Assembly: GCA_001179505.1 (NCBI GenBank)
Contig: CDMY01000224.1
Coordinates: forward strand, 97,203-161,202
Reading direction: 5' to 3'
Source of the DNA: Vitrella brassicaformis CCMP3155
Taxonomy: Eukaryota > Protista > Chromerida
Length of the DNA stretch: 64,000 nt
This document shows positions 38,610 through 51,000 of this stretch, in pieces; position 1 is the stretch's first letter, and each line of letters starts with the position of its first letter. Made by a program: the position numbers and the translations under genes. The notes beneath the pieces were generated by a model. It was not told the DNA's origin. It did no database searches and was given only the letters and a program-made list of their open reading frames with translations.

Positions 38610-38909
38610 NNNNNNNNNNNNNNNNNNNNNNNNNNNNNNNNNNNNNNNNNNNNNNNNNNNNNNNNNNNNNNNNNNNNNNNNNNNNNNNNNNNNNNNNNNN
38701 NNNNNNNNNNNNNNNNNNNNNNNNNNNNNNNNNNNNNNNNNNNNNNNNNNNNNNNNNNNNNNNNNNNNNNNNNNNNNNNNNNNNNNNNNNNNNNNNNNNN
38801 NNNNNNNNNNNNNNNNNNNNNNNNNNNNNNNNNNNNNNNNNNNNNNNNNNNNNNNNNNNNNNNNNNNNNNNNNNNNNNNNNNNNNNNNNNNNNNNNNNNN
38901 NNNNNNNNN
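38610..38909. other. Assembly gap (300 N)
   Basis: N run after a poly-C tract. Both flanks share gcaccgaaccc, suggesting the contigs overlap. Confidence 0.95.
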
Positions 38910-38943
38910 GCACCGAACCCACCCCGCCATATATCTCTCGTCG

Positions 38944-41232
38944 TCATTTCTTCTGCGCCATGAGCTGCCGGCGGGCCCGGGATGCCTCCGCCTGAGAACA
39001 CCAGACAGACAGGGGAGGCATGATTGTCTTGTCCTTCTCTGGTGACGATATCACTCATCTATCTGTGGTAGGTTTGTTCACCAGTTTGTTGAGCATCGGC
39101 ACGGTGTCCGACCAGCCGACACACGCATCCGTCACGCTCACACCATATCTGAAATAGCAAGGACCACGTCACAGAAATCGTCCTGTCTGTGTGTTTGTGT
39201 ATGTGTGTGTGTGTGTGTGCCGACTGACTGACTGACTGACCGCATTTGCTTGAGGACCGCTGGCGGGCTGCTGGAGATGCCCCCGTCTGGCTTGGATGCG
39301 GGAGGGTCTGCCGCCGGGATCTCCTGACGACCTGCACACAGGAAAGATAAGTGGATCGGATGAGATCAGCATCACGTCTCCCTCCCTCTATGGCACTCGA
39401 GCTGTTTGGCTGACTGACCTTCAAACAGGTGGCTTTCGATCATGACGCCGATGATGTTGTCCTCGCCGTTGCTGAGCTGACCCGCAATGTCCTCGGACAC
39501 GATGGGCTGTCTGCGGAAGTCTTTGCTGGAGTTGCCGTGCGAGCAATCGATGACCAGCCGGGAGTTGACCTTGGCCTTGTTGAGCTTCTCGACCGTCGCC
39601 CTGACCGACGCCGTGTCGTAGTTGGGGCCGTTGGCGCCGCCACGGAGGATGACGTGGCAGTCGGGGTTGCCCATCGAATGCACTATCGCAGGCAGACCCT
39701 GCTTCGTGATCTGAACACGTGGGACGTGACACAGGGAGACAGGATGGTGTGTGGGTGTGAGGGAGGCGTCATGGCTCTTTCTCTGTCTACCCCACCCCCA
39801 GGAAGCAGTGCGGGTGGCTTGTCGACCGCACGGCATCAACCGCAATCTGTATGTCACCACTCGTACCTGGATGACAGACACAACAGAGTGTCCCAGAGGC
39901 TTCCCTCGATCTGATCTATGCGGTTTCTGTGGCGTGGGCACGTGCCTACCGTTTTTGAATCCGACGGGCATTGAGAGGCCGGATGCCAGCTCGCGGTGCA
40001 GCTGGCTCTCAGTTGTGCGCGCACCGATGGCGCCCCATGCGACCAGGTCGCACGTGTACTGCGGCACCAGAGTGTCCAGGAACTCACACCCGACAGGCAA
40101 ACCCATGTCATTCTGATCATACATCACCGGTGGGGCACACACAGGTACAAGGATCGTGTTTTGTTTCGTTCCTTCTCGTGTGTTGTGTTGCGTACGATGT
40201 CAGCCAGTAGCCTGCGTGCCTCCCGCAGGCCCTTGTTGATGTGGAAGCTGCCGTCGAGGTCGGGGTCGTTGATGAGTCCCTTCCAACCTGACATACACAC
40301 GAACGGCACACACAAGCATCGGGCTGTGCATGTGTTGTGGGTATGGGTGTATGGCGGTGTGGTGCGCACCGACGGTGGTTCTTGGCTTCTCGAAATAGAC
40401 CCGCATGATGATCCGCAGGTCGTCCTTCAAACGCTCTGCCTCCACCACAAGCTTGGACGCTGATTCATGACGCACACACACAGACAGACAGACACAAAGA
40501 CCAACGAATGATTTGACACATTTAAATCATTGACACACGTGCTGTGCTATGGATGGGATGCGTTGCTGCGCTGCGTACCGTATTCGCGTGCCGCCTGCGC
40601 GTCGTGGATTGAGCAGGGGCCAACAATGACCGCCAGTCGATTGTCCCGACCTGCACACACAACATACACCCACCCATCACACACAAGGCCCACAATGACA
40701 GCAAGACAGTCGGCTCTCCCCCCCCTCTTCACTTACCTTGCACGATGTCGGCCATTTCGTCCCGTGCAGAGAGGACGGTCTTCTTAGCGCGTGCCGTGAC
40801 GGGGATCTCCTCCATGAGCAGCTGCGGATAGACGACGGCGTGCATCTTCTCGATCCGCAGGTTGTCCACATCCGGGTCCGCATAGTACTCTTCATACAGA
40901 CACACACGACTACGACTCTGACGCGCTCTCTCGCTACCGTTACGAATACGATTATGGGTGGCATACGGATGAAACCGAGTGGTGCCACCAGCACCACCGC
41001 TACTGCCACACGCGCCCTCCCTCTCTCTGTCTGTCCTGCCTGTCTGGCTGGGCGAGCTGCCTCCACTGGTGGACACTGACGACTGGCTGTCAATGCTGCT
41101 GCTGGCCTGAGTGCTGGTGGTGCAGGGAGGGGGGAGGGGCAGTAGGGGTGGGGTGGGCCCCGTACCTTCAAAATGCTGCGTCGATTTGCCCTGGCCGCTG
41201 CGGAAGGCATCGGCGGCTTTGCCGCTCGCCAT
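38944..41232 (-). CDS. aroG: Class I (I-alpha, AroF/G/H and ARO3/4 type) DAHP synthase, about 9 exons
   Basis: Motifs: [102 protein letters not shown]. Last exon [15 protein letters not shown] stops at 38944-38946. Confidence 0.93.
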
Positions 41233-41947
41233 GGCGCACTATCACTCCTTCCTTCAAAAAAGAGGCAGCAGCAGAAGACAAAACAATACAATACAGAGCG
41301 CTCACTGCCTGGGTGGGTTGTGCACACGAGGCCAGCCAATCTATCTACAGCAGGTATCTACAGTCTTTCTGGCTCTGTGTACGGTACGTGCTGTCCTCCC
41401 CTCCTCCCTCTCAGACTGACCTCAGTTTTGGGGAGCCCTTTGCCCAAACGGCCACAATTAACGCCACAACACCGATCAATCACCGACACCTCCACACACA
41501 GAGATTCTTCCTTCTTCTTTCTCTTCCTTCTCTCTCGCCTCTGCGACTGTCTGCGAGCTTATGTTGAAGTCGCGATCCTGAGCTTGCAATGGAAGATGAT
41601 TTTTCCCACTCCCTGGGCTGCGATAGCCACACGGATGGCTGCCATACTTCAGTAGCTACCCTTCACCAAAGAAGCACATGTATGTATTGCAGCCTTTGGT
41701 CTGGCATGTTAGGGTGCTTCATGAAACCGCTGCAGTTTTCTGATGTTCAATCCGTTAAACAAACTAACCAACCAACCAATCAATCCGTGAGTCTCAGATG
41801 TCCTCAATCCAAATGCATGTCAATCCAAATGCATGTGGATCGGATACGCGGAGGAACTTTTTTCGCTTTCTCTGGGTCCTCCAGAAGAGAGAGTTTTAAG
41901 TAGCCGAGCGTGGTCGTGTGCTGACGTTTGCGGAGCCGCGCACGACG

Positions 41948-42900
41948 ATGATATCGATGCGTCGTTTCAGACTCCTTGCCATCCTGTTTGGGTTGGTTGC
42001 CATTGGGAAGGCGGCTCAGAGCAAGGACGCCTCACGTAAGCACAGCGGGGCCACACACGCACCGAACCGACCATGCACCATGGCAGATCTGCCCATACAT
42101 GTGTGCTTGTGATTGTTGTGTGGCTGATCTGTGGCTGCAGAGGTGTCGGTGGCCGCTCGCGAGCTCGGTAGGTGGCCGCGGCCATGCAGCCATCCATCCG
42201 TATTGCGGAGATCTGTCGGTTCTGCGCTGCGTGTGTGTGGTGTGTGCGTGCCTGCAGGTGGGGAGGTGCGGGCGTTTGAGGCCCAGCAGGCGGCGCTGGT
42301 GCAGCTGCAACTCGACCAGGCCGCCAACACCATCACCGCCGCATACAAGCTCAACACTGCTGCACACAAGCTCGACACTGCCGCACACCAGCTGACCGCC
42401 CAGGCCCTGGAGGCCATCGACAAGGCCCACCGCACCCTCACACAGATGACGACAGAAGGCCTCAACACGCAACAGACCGGAGATGGCAGAGGGAACGACA
42501 GTACGCATGAAGGATGCCCTGTCTCTCTCTTTGCGTGGGTGCAGGCCGTCGCAAGATTGCTGCAGAGGGGGGAGGCGTCTGGACGTCGTGCGGGAGCATT
42601 GATAAATGCAAAACTCCGTGGGGTGACATACGGATGGACAATCGGGTGGGTGTATGTACGCATGTGTGATCGGTCGACCCATGTCGCTCTGTGCTGCTTG
42701 TGTGGCTGTCTGTCTGTCTGTCTCCCTGCAGCCATGCGGCATACTTTACGGCTATCCGTGCAAATGTATGACGACAGACGAGCAAACCCCCTACGCAGAA
42801 GATGGCTGCTGGGTAAGCAAGCGTCCTATGTATTGTACACCCACCACACAAATGCTTGTTTGTTTGTTACTACAACGCCTGCAGGCTCTCTTGCCCTAAA
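41948..42900 (+). CDS. Small putative secreted protein: signal peptide, heptad-like repeat and Cys-rich C-terminus
   Basis: MRRFRLLAILFGLVAIGKAAQS signal-like N-terminus, then GT-AG exons EVSVAARELG, AANTITAAYKLNTAAHKLDTAAHQLTAQ and PCGILYGYPCKCMTTDEQTPYAEDGCW. Confidence 0.5.
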
Positions 42901-43384
42901 CAAGCCCGTGTAGCACCAAGCTGGTATGCATCATACATACGAATAGTTCTCATGCCTCGCCCGCCATTCTGTCTGTGTGTGTGTGTGTCACAGAGGGGCC
43001 ACACACGCACACGCACACACACAGGGCCAAGAGTGAGCGACCAATAGCGGGACAATAACATGGGTGTGATCCCCCCGACCGGTAGCGAAGGGTGTGGGTG
43101 GGGTGGGGTGGCTAGATGAGATTGGGGGTGCTAGTGGGCAGGTGGGTGTGGGGACAGATGTGTCTGTCTGCTGGGTGCCTGGCTGGCCGCCACGTGCATG
43201 GGAGGGAGACCATTTCTTTTCCAGCAATGGATGGATGGATGCCTGTCTGTCTGTCTGTCTGATGAATGTGTGTGTTGACTGACTAGCTCTGTACATACAT
43301 ACATACATACATTTCTTGTCTATATTGCGATCTGATGGACGATGGATGGCCACTTAAATGAATGGATGAAAGACATACATATAT

Positions 43385-43500
43385 GTACTGAAACAAGGGT
43401 CTGAGCGCTCGCTTCGCTCGCAAAAATCCAATTGCAAAAATCATTCTCTCCTGTTTCATACGAGCGAAGTCAGCTGAAAATCCCTTGTTCACTTAAGTAC
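43385..43500. mobile_element. Short AT-rich element with imperfect inverted repeats (MITE- or Helitron-relic-like)
   Basis: Left arm gtactgaaacaagggtctgagcgctcgcttcgctcg (43385-43420) versus the reverse complement of the right arm 43461-43500 (gtacttaagtgaacaagggattttcagctgacttcgctcg). Confidence 0.3.
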
Positions 43501-43741
43501 TACTCAGAATTTGTTTATCATATCGTCCGCATCAATGTCGCTTATCTTTTTCTTCTCTCGATATACATGCATTCCATTCATTCAAAGACAGCTGTTACTC
43601 GTTTCACCTCTGTCCACATGCATTGCATCAACATGCACACGAAGTACCTACAGGCCATCTGCCCGCTGCTCATGCTATCCAGCCAGCCATCCATCCATCC
43701 ATCACGTGGTTGGATCATTCATGTGTTGGTCTGCCCCTGGC

Positions 43742-46700
43742 TCATGCCATGCCGGCGACTGCCTTCTTGACGGGCCCCACGGTGCACGAGTTGACCTTGG
43801 CTGCGAAGCGGAGGGAGTTGAGGGTCTCGTTGAGGTGCATGGCCAGGGGAGACACATTCACAAACATCAACGTCTTCGAATCGCCACCTGCAGCCCCCCA
43901 GCCATAGACAGACAGACAGACATTCATGCGGATGGGCCCTTCTTCTCTCCGTCTGTGTGTGTGTGTGTGTGTGTGTACCGAGTGAGTCCTTGAGAAGCAT
44001 GGTGAGTTTGGAGTTGCGATAGGGCACGTGGCCCACACCACTGCTACCCTTCCCAGACGCACCACCACGGCCACCTGCATGCGCAAATGGCCACATCATG
44101 TGCACATGGGATGTGCGTGGCGTGCATCTGGCTGGCGGTCTGACTGACTGACCCATGGGGGTGGGTGGCCTCTTCTCCCCGAGCGCACAGATGACATCTC
44201 CCAGTGCGCTGAGGCTCCTGTTGATGCTCTGCGTCTCGCGCAGGCGGTCCCCCGTCACCTGAGACTTCTCCACACGCTCAGAACCCGCCAAATCAATCTG
44301 ACACACACACACACACACACAGTGACGACAATGGACAAAGGGTGCGGATCTTAATCCTTCCTGCTGGCTGACCAGCGAGAGCAGGCCGCCGACACTGGCG
44401 TTGCCCTGGCTGGCATCTTCGCCCAGGATACGCAGCTGAAACACACTGAATGATACATAGATGGATGGATGGAGAACACACACATACACATGGAATCGAC
44501 GGCCGGCCGTGTGTCTGTTTGGGGTATGTGTGTGGTGTGTGACCTATGGCTACGGGAGCTGCGGGCGTTGCATCGGGTCTCGGCTGTGGCACTGAAACCA
44601 AGGAAGGACACAATGAATATACATAGATGAGACGATCATGATTGATATGCGTGTAGGCTGCGCTGCCTACAGACCGGTTGCCGTGGGCCTGGATGAGCAG
44701 CTGGTGCACCTGGTGGGGGGCCGTCACGGGCACTGCATGGCATGGATGACACACAGATCACACACACCATAATGGCATTCGTCTCTACCGGTTTTGATGT
44801 TTGATACGACGACCACGCCCTTGCCGTCGATCTTGATGTCGGGCACCACCCCACCGCCCTCATCCTTGTCAGACGCCAGCAGATCGCGAACCGTCTCGTT
44901 GTATATCTATCTAGACACACACGGGTCGGATGCATGGACACACACGACACTGCCTGGCCTGGCCTGGGGGAGATGGGGGACCGACCTCTATGAAGGATGC
45001 CTCCACTTTGAAGGACCAGCCGCGCCTGAATGGTGTGAGTGACCTACCTGTGTGTGTTGGTGTGGTGTGCATGGTATGGTGCCCACCTATCTACCTCTGG
45101 AGTGTCTGTACGGTGGTGAATATGAGGTCGACGGCGCGCGGGATCATGCCCTTTGATTGCTGATGGATGCCATTCCATTCCACATACAACATACATTCGT
45201 TCAGGTGTGGTGTTGGTTGAGCCAGCCCCTCTCTCACCTGCCACTGCTCCTCAGATGCGTAGTTGTCAGGGCCCTGCGGGTGGTGGACAGCATAACGGTG
45301 CACAGCATCCACCATTTGGATGGATGGATGGATGTGTGTGTGTGTGACGTACCTCCATGGTGTAGGTCTTGCCGGATCCCGTCTGTCCGTATGCGAAGAT
45401 GGCCACCCTGTAGCCGTCCAACGCACTCTGAACCAACCTGATAGACAGACATCACATCGATGGATGGGCACAGAGAAAGAGACATGATTGGTGGACTGAC
45501 TGACGCTTGTACGGGTGTACAGGTCTCCCTCTCTCTGTCTGTCGCTTGTTTCCCATCTATGTATGTATGAGTGTGTGTGTGTGTGTGTCTTTGTGTGCTG
45601 ACTGTGCAATTTCCTCAAACACGACCGCCTGGGCCGCGTTGGGGGCGAACACCTGCACAACACACATAGATGTGCTCAGCCGTCCGCCTGAATGCGTTAT
45701 CGGTCAGGTAGAGTACCTTACCTACCTTATCGAATGTGAATTTGTATTGGTTGGAGTGTTCGTTGAGTCCATCCACACTGCGCATCTTGGCCGAGCACAG
45801 CGTCACCCCACAGCCGTCGGGACTCAGCTCAAGCTGACCCTCGTCCAAACCGTCAGACACCTCACGACCTGCCCACGTACGTGGACATACACGACAGGAC
45901 ACAGGTGTGGTGTGGTCTGTCTGGGTGTGGTGTATGTGTGTATGCCAACTCACTACTGCGCGGTCGGATTCTGCAGAAGACACGTATGTTGCCTCGGAGC
46001 TCTTGTGCGATGTTGTGCAGCTTCTTCCGGAGTGCCTCGGTGGCGTGCGAGTCCTCTAGCAGACGGACTAGATACGCCTCCATCTCCTAAGCACACACAC
46101 ACACACACAAACACACACAGAGGCGAAATGCAAGCAGGGAGGAGATGTGTGGATGTGTGGATGTGTGGGTGTGGGGGTAGGTATAGGTATACCGTGAAGT
46201 ACCCCTTGAGTTGGTCCACTTGTTTCTGCTGCGCGAAGGCCTCGGCGTGCTGGGTCTGTGTGAGGGCGCAGCCCAGCCAGACACACACCATCCGTACCGT
46301 ATGTGTGTGTGGTGTGGTGTGTGTGTCGTCCCCCACCTCCTTATCGTGTTTGAGTCGCTCGATCTTGGCCTCGTCCTCAGCTATCAGCGCACGCGTCTGG
46401 GCCGCACCGCTCTGACATGCACACACACACACACACACACGCACGCATATGTGTGTGTTCGGCCACTCCACTCCTCGGTGGTTCTTCCCTACCTTGAGGA
46501 CCTCATTTTGCTGTTCCTGTGCGATGATTTCCTTGTCGAGTGCGGCATTGTCGGCCTCCAGGGTCTCTATCGACACACGCAACTCCTCACTCTCCGTCTG
46601 ATTGATGCATCCACCCCATGATACACACATACACACACACGGCAGGTGTGATGATAGGCTGGGCTGCTGGGTGGTGTTGTCTGCCTGCCTCATAGTTGGT

Positions 46701-47954
46701 TTCGAGCTCCTCCAGCTGGCGCAGACTCTCCTCACGCTCGGCCGCCATCTCTACCTGCACATACAAAGCGCACAACACACACACACACACACATGGAGGT
46801 CGGCCGATGAAGTGAAACACGTGCGCATTGCGTTCATTCACGGATTGGGTGGCAGGTTGACTGACCTTGGCCTGGTCAAGCTGCTCCAGCTGCTGCTTCA
46901 ATTCCTCTAACTCGCTACGCAAACGGCTCTCTACACACACGTGTGGTGCACAGCACACATCGACACACACACACATACATACATATAAGTGCAGCCCAGC
47001 CATAAGACCCCTCTTCTTCGTTTCGTCCCCACCCTCATCGGCCGTCTGTGAGAGCCGGTTCGCTAGCTCCAGTTTCTTGGCCTTCAGCTCCTCCAAACTC
47101 ACATGCGGGGGCGGACCACCACTCCCACTACCCCCAGCAACACCAACACCATGGACGCCGCGCACACGTGGGGACGCAGCCCGACGGTTCGCCGCATGAG
47201 ATGGGGGATGGCCCGCAACTCTGGTGGGCGGCTGGTGGTGGTGCTGGTGTGTGTGTGTGTTGGGTCTCTCCTTGAGGTTGGCTATAGGTACGCGTCGTCC
47301 GCCGGGTGGGAGGGGAGGGATGCCGCGGGAGGGGTGCGATGGATTGCCGGCCTCACGGGCTTCCCTGCAGATGGGCGGGATGGATAAGAAAGGACACGTA
47401 TACACATCAATGTGATGTGCACTGTGGCGCAAGGGCACTCACTTGGCGCTTGGGGCTCGACGAGCGGCGGTCTGAAGGGAAAATAGGATGGATGGACGGA
47501 TGGATACCGCGAGTTGACCGCAGCAGTTCCTTCCTTCCTTCATCTGCTTACCTTAGTATCTTTTTTTTATATATATATGCTTACCTTAGTATCTGATGGC
47601 ATGGCTCTCCCTCTGGGCTCCCTCCCCGGCGTCTTCGCCCGCCGCATCGACACATCCTTGTCCGACAACGCCGGCGACGGATGACGCACTCTGCGCATCC
47701 GCACACAGCCATCAACACAGCGATCACCATTGCGCCATCTATGTGTTCGTTCTTCCTTACACTTTGGCCCCCGAGGATGCCGTGTGGCTGGCGTACGAAG
47801 CTGACGCATCCCCGCCCCTGGGTGTGCCCGTGTCGGACGCCGTGTCTGTCGGAGGGACGGATGGCTGCTGCAGCGGGACGTTCCTGGCAAAGATGCTCTT
47901 GGCGAAGATGCTCTTGCGGGTCGGCTGCCTCAATTGGCTCTGAAAGTCCCTCAT
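43742..47954 (-). CDS. Kinesin-14 (C-terminal, minus-end-directed motor; KIFC1/Ncd/Kar3 class), many exons
   Basis: N-terminal disordered region and coiled coil. Neck [24 protein letters not shown]; P-loop [14 protein letters not shown]; switch I NARSSRSH; switch [10 protein letters not shown]; [44 protein letters not shown]. Confidence 0.92.
47546..47594 (-). mobile_element. 16-bp direct repeat flanking a 17-nt AT/poly(A) insert that duplicates a splice donor (TSD-like footprint)
   Basis: gcttaccttagtatct at 47546-47561 and 47579-47594. The minus strand reads agatactaag-gtaagc, atatatatataaaaaaa, agatactaag-gtaagc. Confidence 0.55.
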
Positions 47955-48015
47955 CGAACCCGCCCTCCTGAGCGTTTACATTCGCAAGGAGGGGATCGCG
48001 GAGGGGAACGAGGGA

Positions 48016-51000
48016 ATGGCGGACGAGAGCGAAATGCTGTGCCCTGTCACGGTGAGCAGTAGGAAAAACTCGAAGAATTTCATCGCTACCGTTCACTGCA
48101 TCTCTGCTTTTCCTTCCAGGTGGCCGTTCGCGTAAGCGCCATATAGATCAGGCCTGATCCATGGATCTGCAACACACACACAGACGCATACAAGAACCGC
48201 ACGGTATTTTGTTCTCCTCCTTTCCGCCTGCAGATCCGTCCGTTCCTTCCCGACGAGGCCTCGCTGGGCGATGACGTCGCCAGCCAGTCGTCCATCGACA
48301 CCCCCGACCCCCACACCATCATCGTCAAACTCGACACAAACACATTCATACCACAATCCCAGCAGCAGCAACAGCAGCAGCTCCAGCAGCAGCACTCACA
48401 GGCGGCGGCTGATGGCGATGGCGTTGACGGTGTGGTGGCGGGGTCATCCGCCAATGGCAGTGATGGCCGTTTGGAGCAGCTGACGGTGTTCACTGCGGAT
48501 GCGATATTGGGTGACCAGGAGTCGATGTTTGAGGCAATAGGGATGCCGCTGCTGAGGAATGCGCTCGAGGGGATGAACGGGGCCCTCATCGCTGTCGGGG
48601 CAAAAGGTGAGTCAGTCGGCCAATGGGGGGATGGGTGGATGGAGGAGGGGGAGATCACGCCAGGCCAGGGGAGGCATTGGGTGTTTGTGGATCTTCTTTC
48701 TGCCCGTGTGTTTGTACGTGTGTGTGTGTGCAGGCACGGGCAAGACGTACACTCTGCAGGGCACGGAGGGTAGGCCGAGCCTTTCCTTTTCCTCCCTCCC
48801 CTTTTGTGTGCCGACTCACTCTTCTTGTCTCGTCTCCCTCGCGTGCAGCCGAGCCAGGTCTCATCCTCCGCATACTCAAAGGTAATGAACAAACAGACGG
48901 ATGGATGGACTGGGTGGATGGATGGATGGATCGGACAAATCACATCTTCAGAGTTGTTTCGTTGGGCCCGCGAGGTGGAGGAGTCGCCCGTGGCTGCGGC
49001 AGCACCTGCAGAGATGGCATTCCGCACAGCCAAAGTGCGCGTAGCCGTGTCGTTCACGGAAATCGCCCACAACAAAATCAGGTTGGTCACGCACACACAC
49101 ACAGACAGAGAGAATGAGGACAGGTGGGGGGACTCGTGGAGAGCGTGTGTGTGTGTGTGTGTCGTGTTGCAGGGATTTGTTGGTTCCTCGTCTGGGCGGC
49201 AGTGCCGACCTGACACTCTACGAACACCCGGAATGCGGCACATTCGTACCGGCACTCACACACGTAAACCAGCCCCCCCCCCATGTCTCGATGACGGCAC
49301 TCGCGTCCCCTCTGCACCTTCGTGTGTGTGTGTGTGTGTTTATAGGTTGCTGTGGATAGCGAGGATGAGGTGTCGAGCCTGTTGTCGTATGCGCGTCAGA
49401 AGCGCCTGGCCCACGCCGCCACCATGAAGGACATGGAGTGGACGGCACACACACTCTTCACCATCAAAGTCGCACAGGTACGCCACGCCACGCCAGCAGA
49501 CCCGTAGACAGACCTTCCTTGCAATAAATCCATGGGATGGATGCGTGTGTGTGTAGGTGCTTGCTGACGGGAGTGTAGCGCGTGTGAGCCGTATAGAGTT
49601 GTTCGACATCGCATCGACGGACGACTGCCGCCAGCCCGACACATCCCCACCCACATACACAGCAGCCGGCACCACCACAGAGGAGGGCTTCCCGCCCGGC
49701 CGGCCCATCAACCCCTCACTCACTGAGGTCGGCACTGCACTGCATGCCCCGCCCCCTCAGCCAGCACACAGTGTATGTATGCCTCTATATCTGTATGTGT
49801 GTGTGTGTGTGTTGATGCGTCCATCGATCAGTTGGGCATGTTGATTGGGCAGTTGGGGATGCATCAGGGGAACGGGGATAGTGGGGAGGGGGAGTCGGGC
49901 AGGCAGAGTAGCCGTATGGACGCATCACGCATTATCGACGTCTGGGGGCCTGACTGTCAGCCACACAAACACACACACACACAGATACACAGATAGAGAG
50001 AGATGGGCTTGTGTTGTGTGATGTCTGTGTGTGTCATTCATGTGTGTCAGGTTTCCGTGCGTCAGGATCCAAGCTGTGTCTGCTGTTGAAGGATGCACTC
50101 ATGGGCAACTCCAAAACCTGCGTACGCTGCTGGCCGCTTCCTGTCCATCTCCCATTTCATGCCTGCCTGCTATAACATGACTGTGTGCAGATGGTGGCCA
50201 CGCTGTCCCCGACTCGCCGAGCGGCCGCAGGCTCACTCATCACCATGAGGTCTGTCTTTCTGTCAGCCGTACGAGCGCACACGCCTCCATCCATCCACTG
50301 ACTCGTTGGCCGCGTGTGTGTGTGCAGGTTGGCGGGCTGTGTTCGTCAGCTCAAGACGCGCCCCGTCGTCAACTTCGACCACTCTGACAGACTCATCAAA
50401 GAAATGAACCGGGCAAGTTGTACATGGCCACCGCTGACATCCTTATGTGGTTTCCTTGTCCATCCATCCACCCACCCACTCATCAGGACATAGAGTTCCT
50501 CCGTGCCCAGCTGGAGTATGCAGCCGAAGGCACGCACATCGAAGACCTCAAAGTATGCGGCATGCACAACGCAAAATGATATGTGTGTGTGTGTATCGGG
50601 TTTGGTTTGCTTTTGCGGCAGTTGGCGTTGTCTGACCGCGAGCGGCTGATCCAGCAGCTGCAGTGCCTCGGCAACGAACACGACAAAGAGGTGCAACGCA
50701 GAGCAGACGGCTTCGAACCAAAACATGTGTGTGTCTGATGCAGTTGGAGCGCACCGCGTTCCTCCACAACCATCGCCTGCTCGCACTCCGGGACTGGGGT
50801 CTCAAGGAAGGTCTCACACACACACACACCCCCCAAACAAGGACCATCCCTACCACTCCTTTGTGTGCGTCTTTTTGTATGTATGTGTGTGGGTGAGTGT
50901 AGGTTACCAGGTGCCAGCGTCGTTTGGGGGCGAGGGCGGTTTGCTAGCCAAGAGCACCCCCCGGCACATCCCACACATCGCCTCCGACATACTCAATGCA

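Noticed and set aside
38610-38909. ORFs spanning the first N gap, or a hidden insertion there
   Set aside because: The ORFs are artefacts of translating Ns. The flanks share gcaccgaaccc beside poly-C, so the gap is probably an unresolved overlap.
41806-41837. 16-bp tandem duplication caatccaaatgcatgt x2 and scattered TGCATG motifs as ApiAP2 sites
   Set aside because: Simple slippage is sufficient, and TGCATG occurs throughout the introns of this window.
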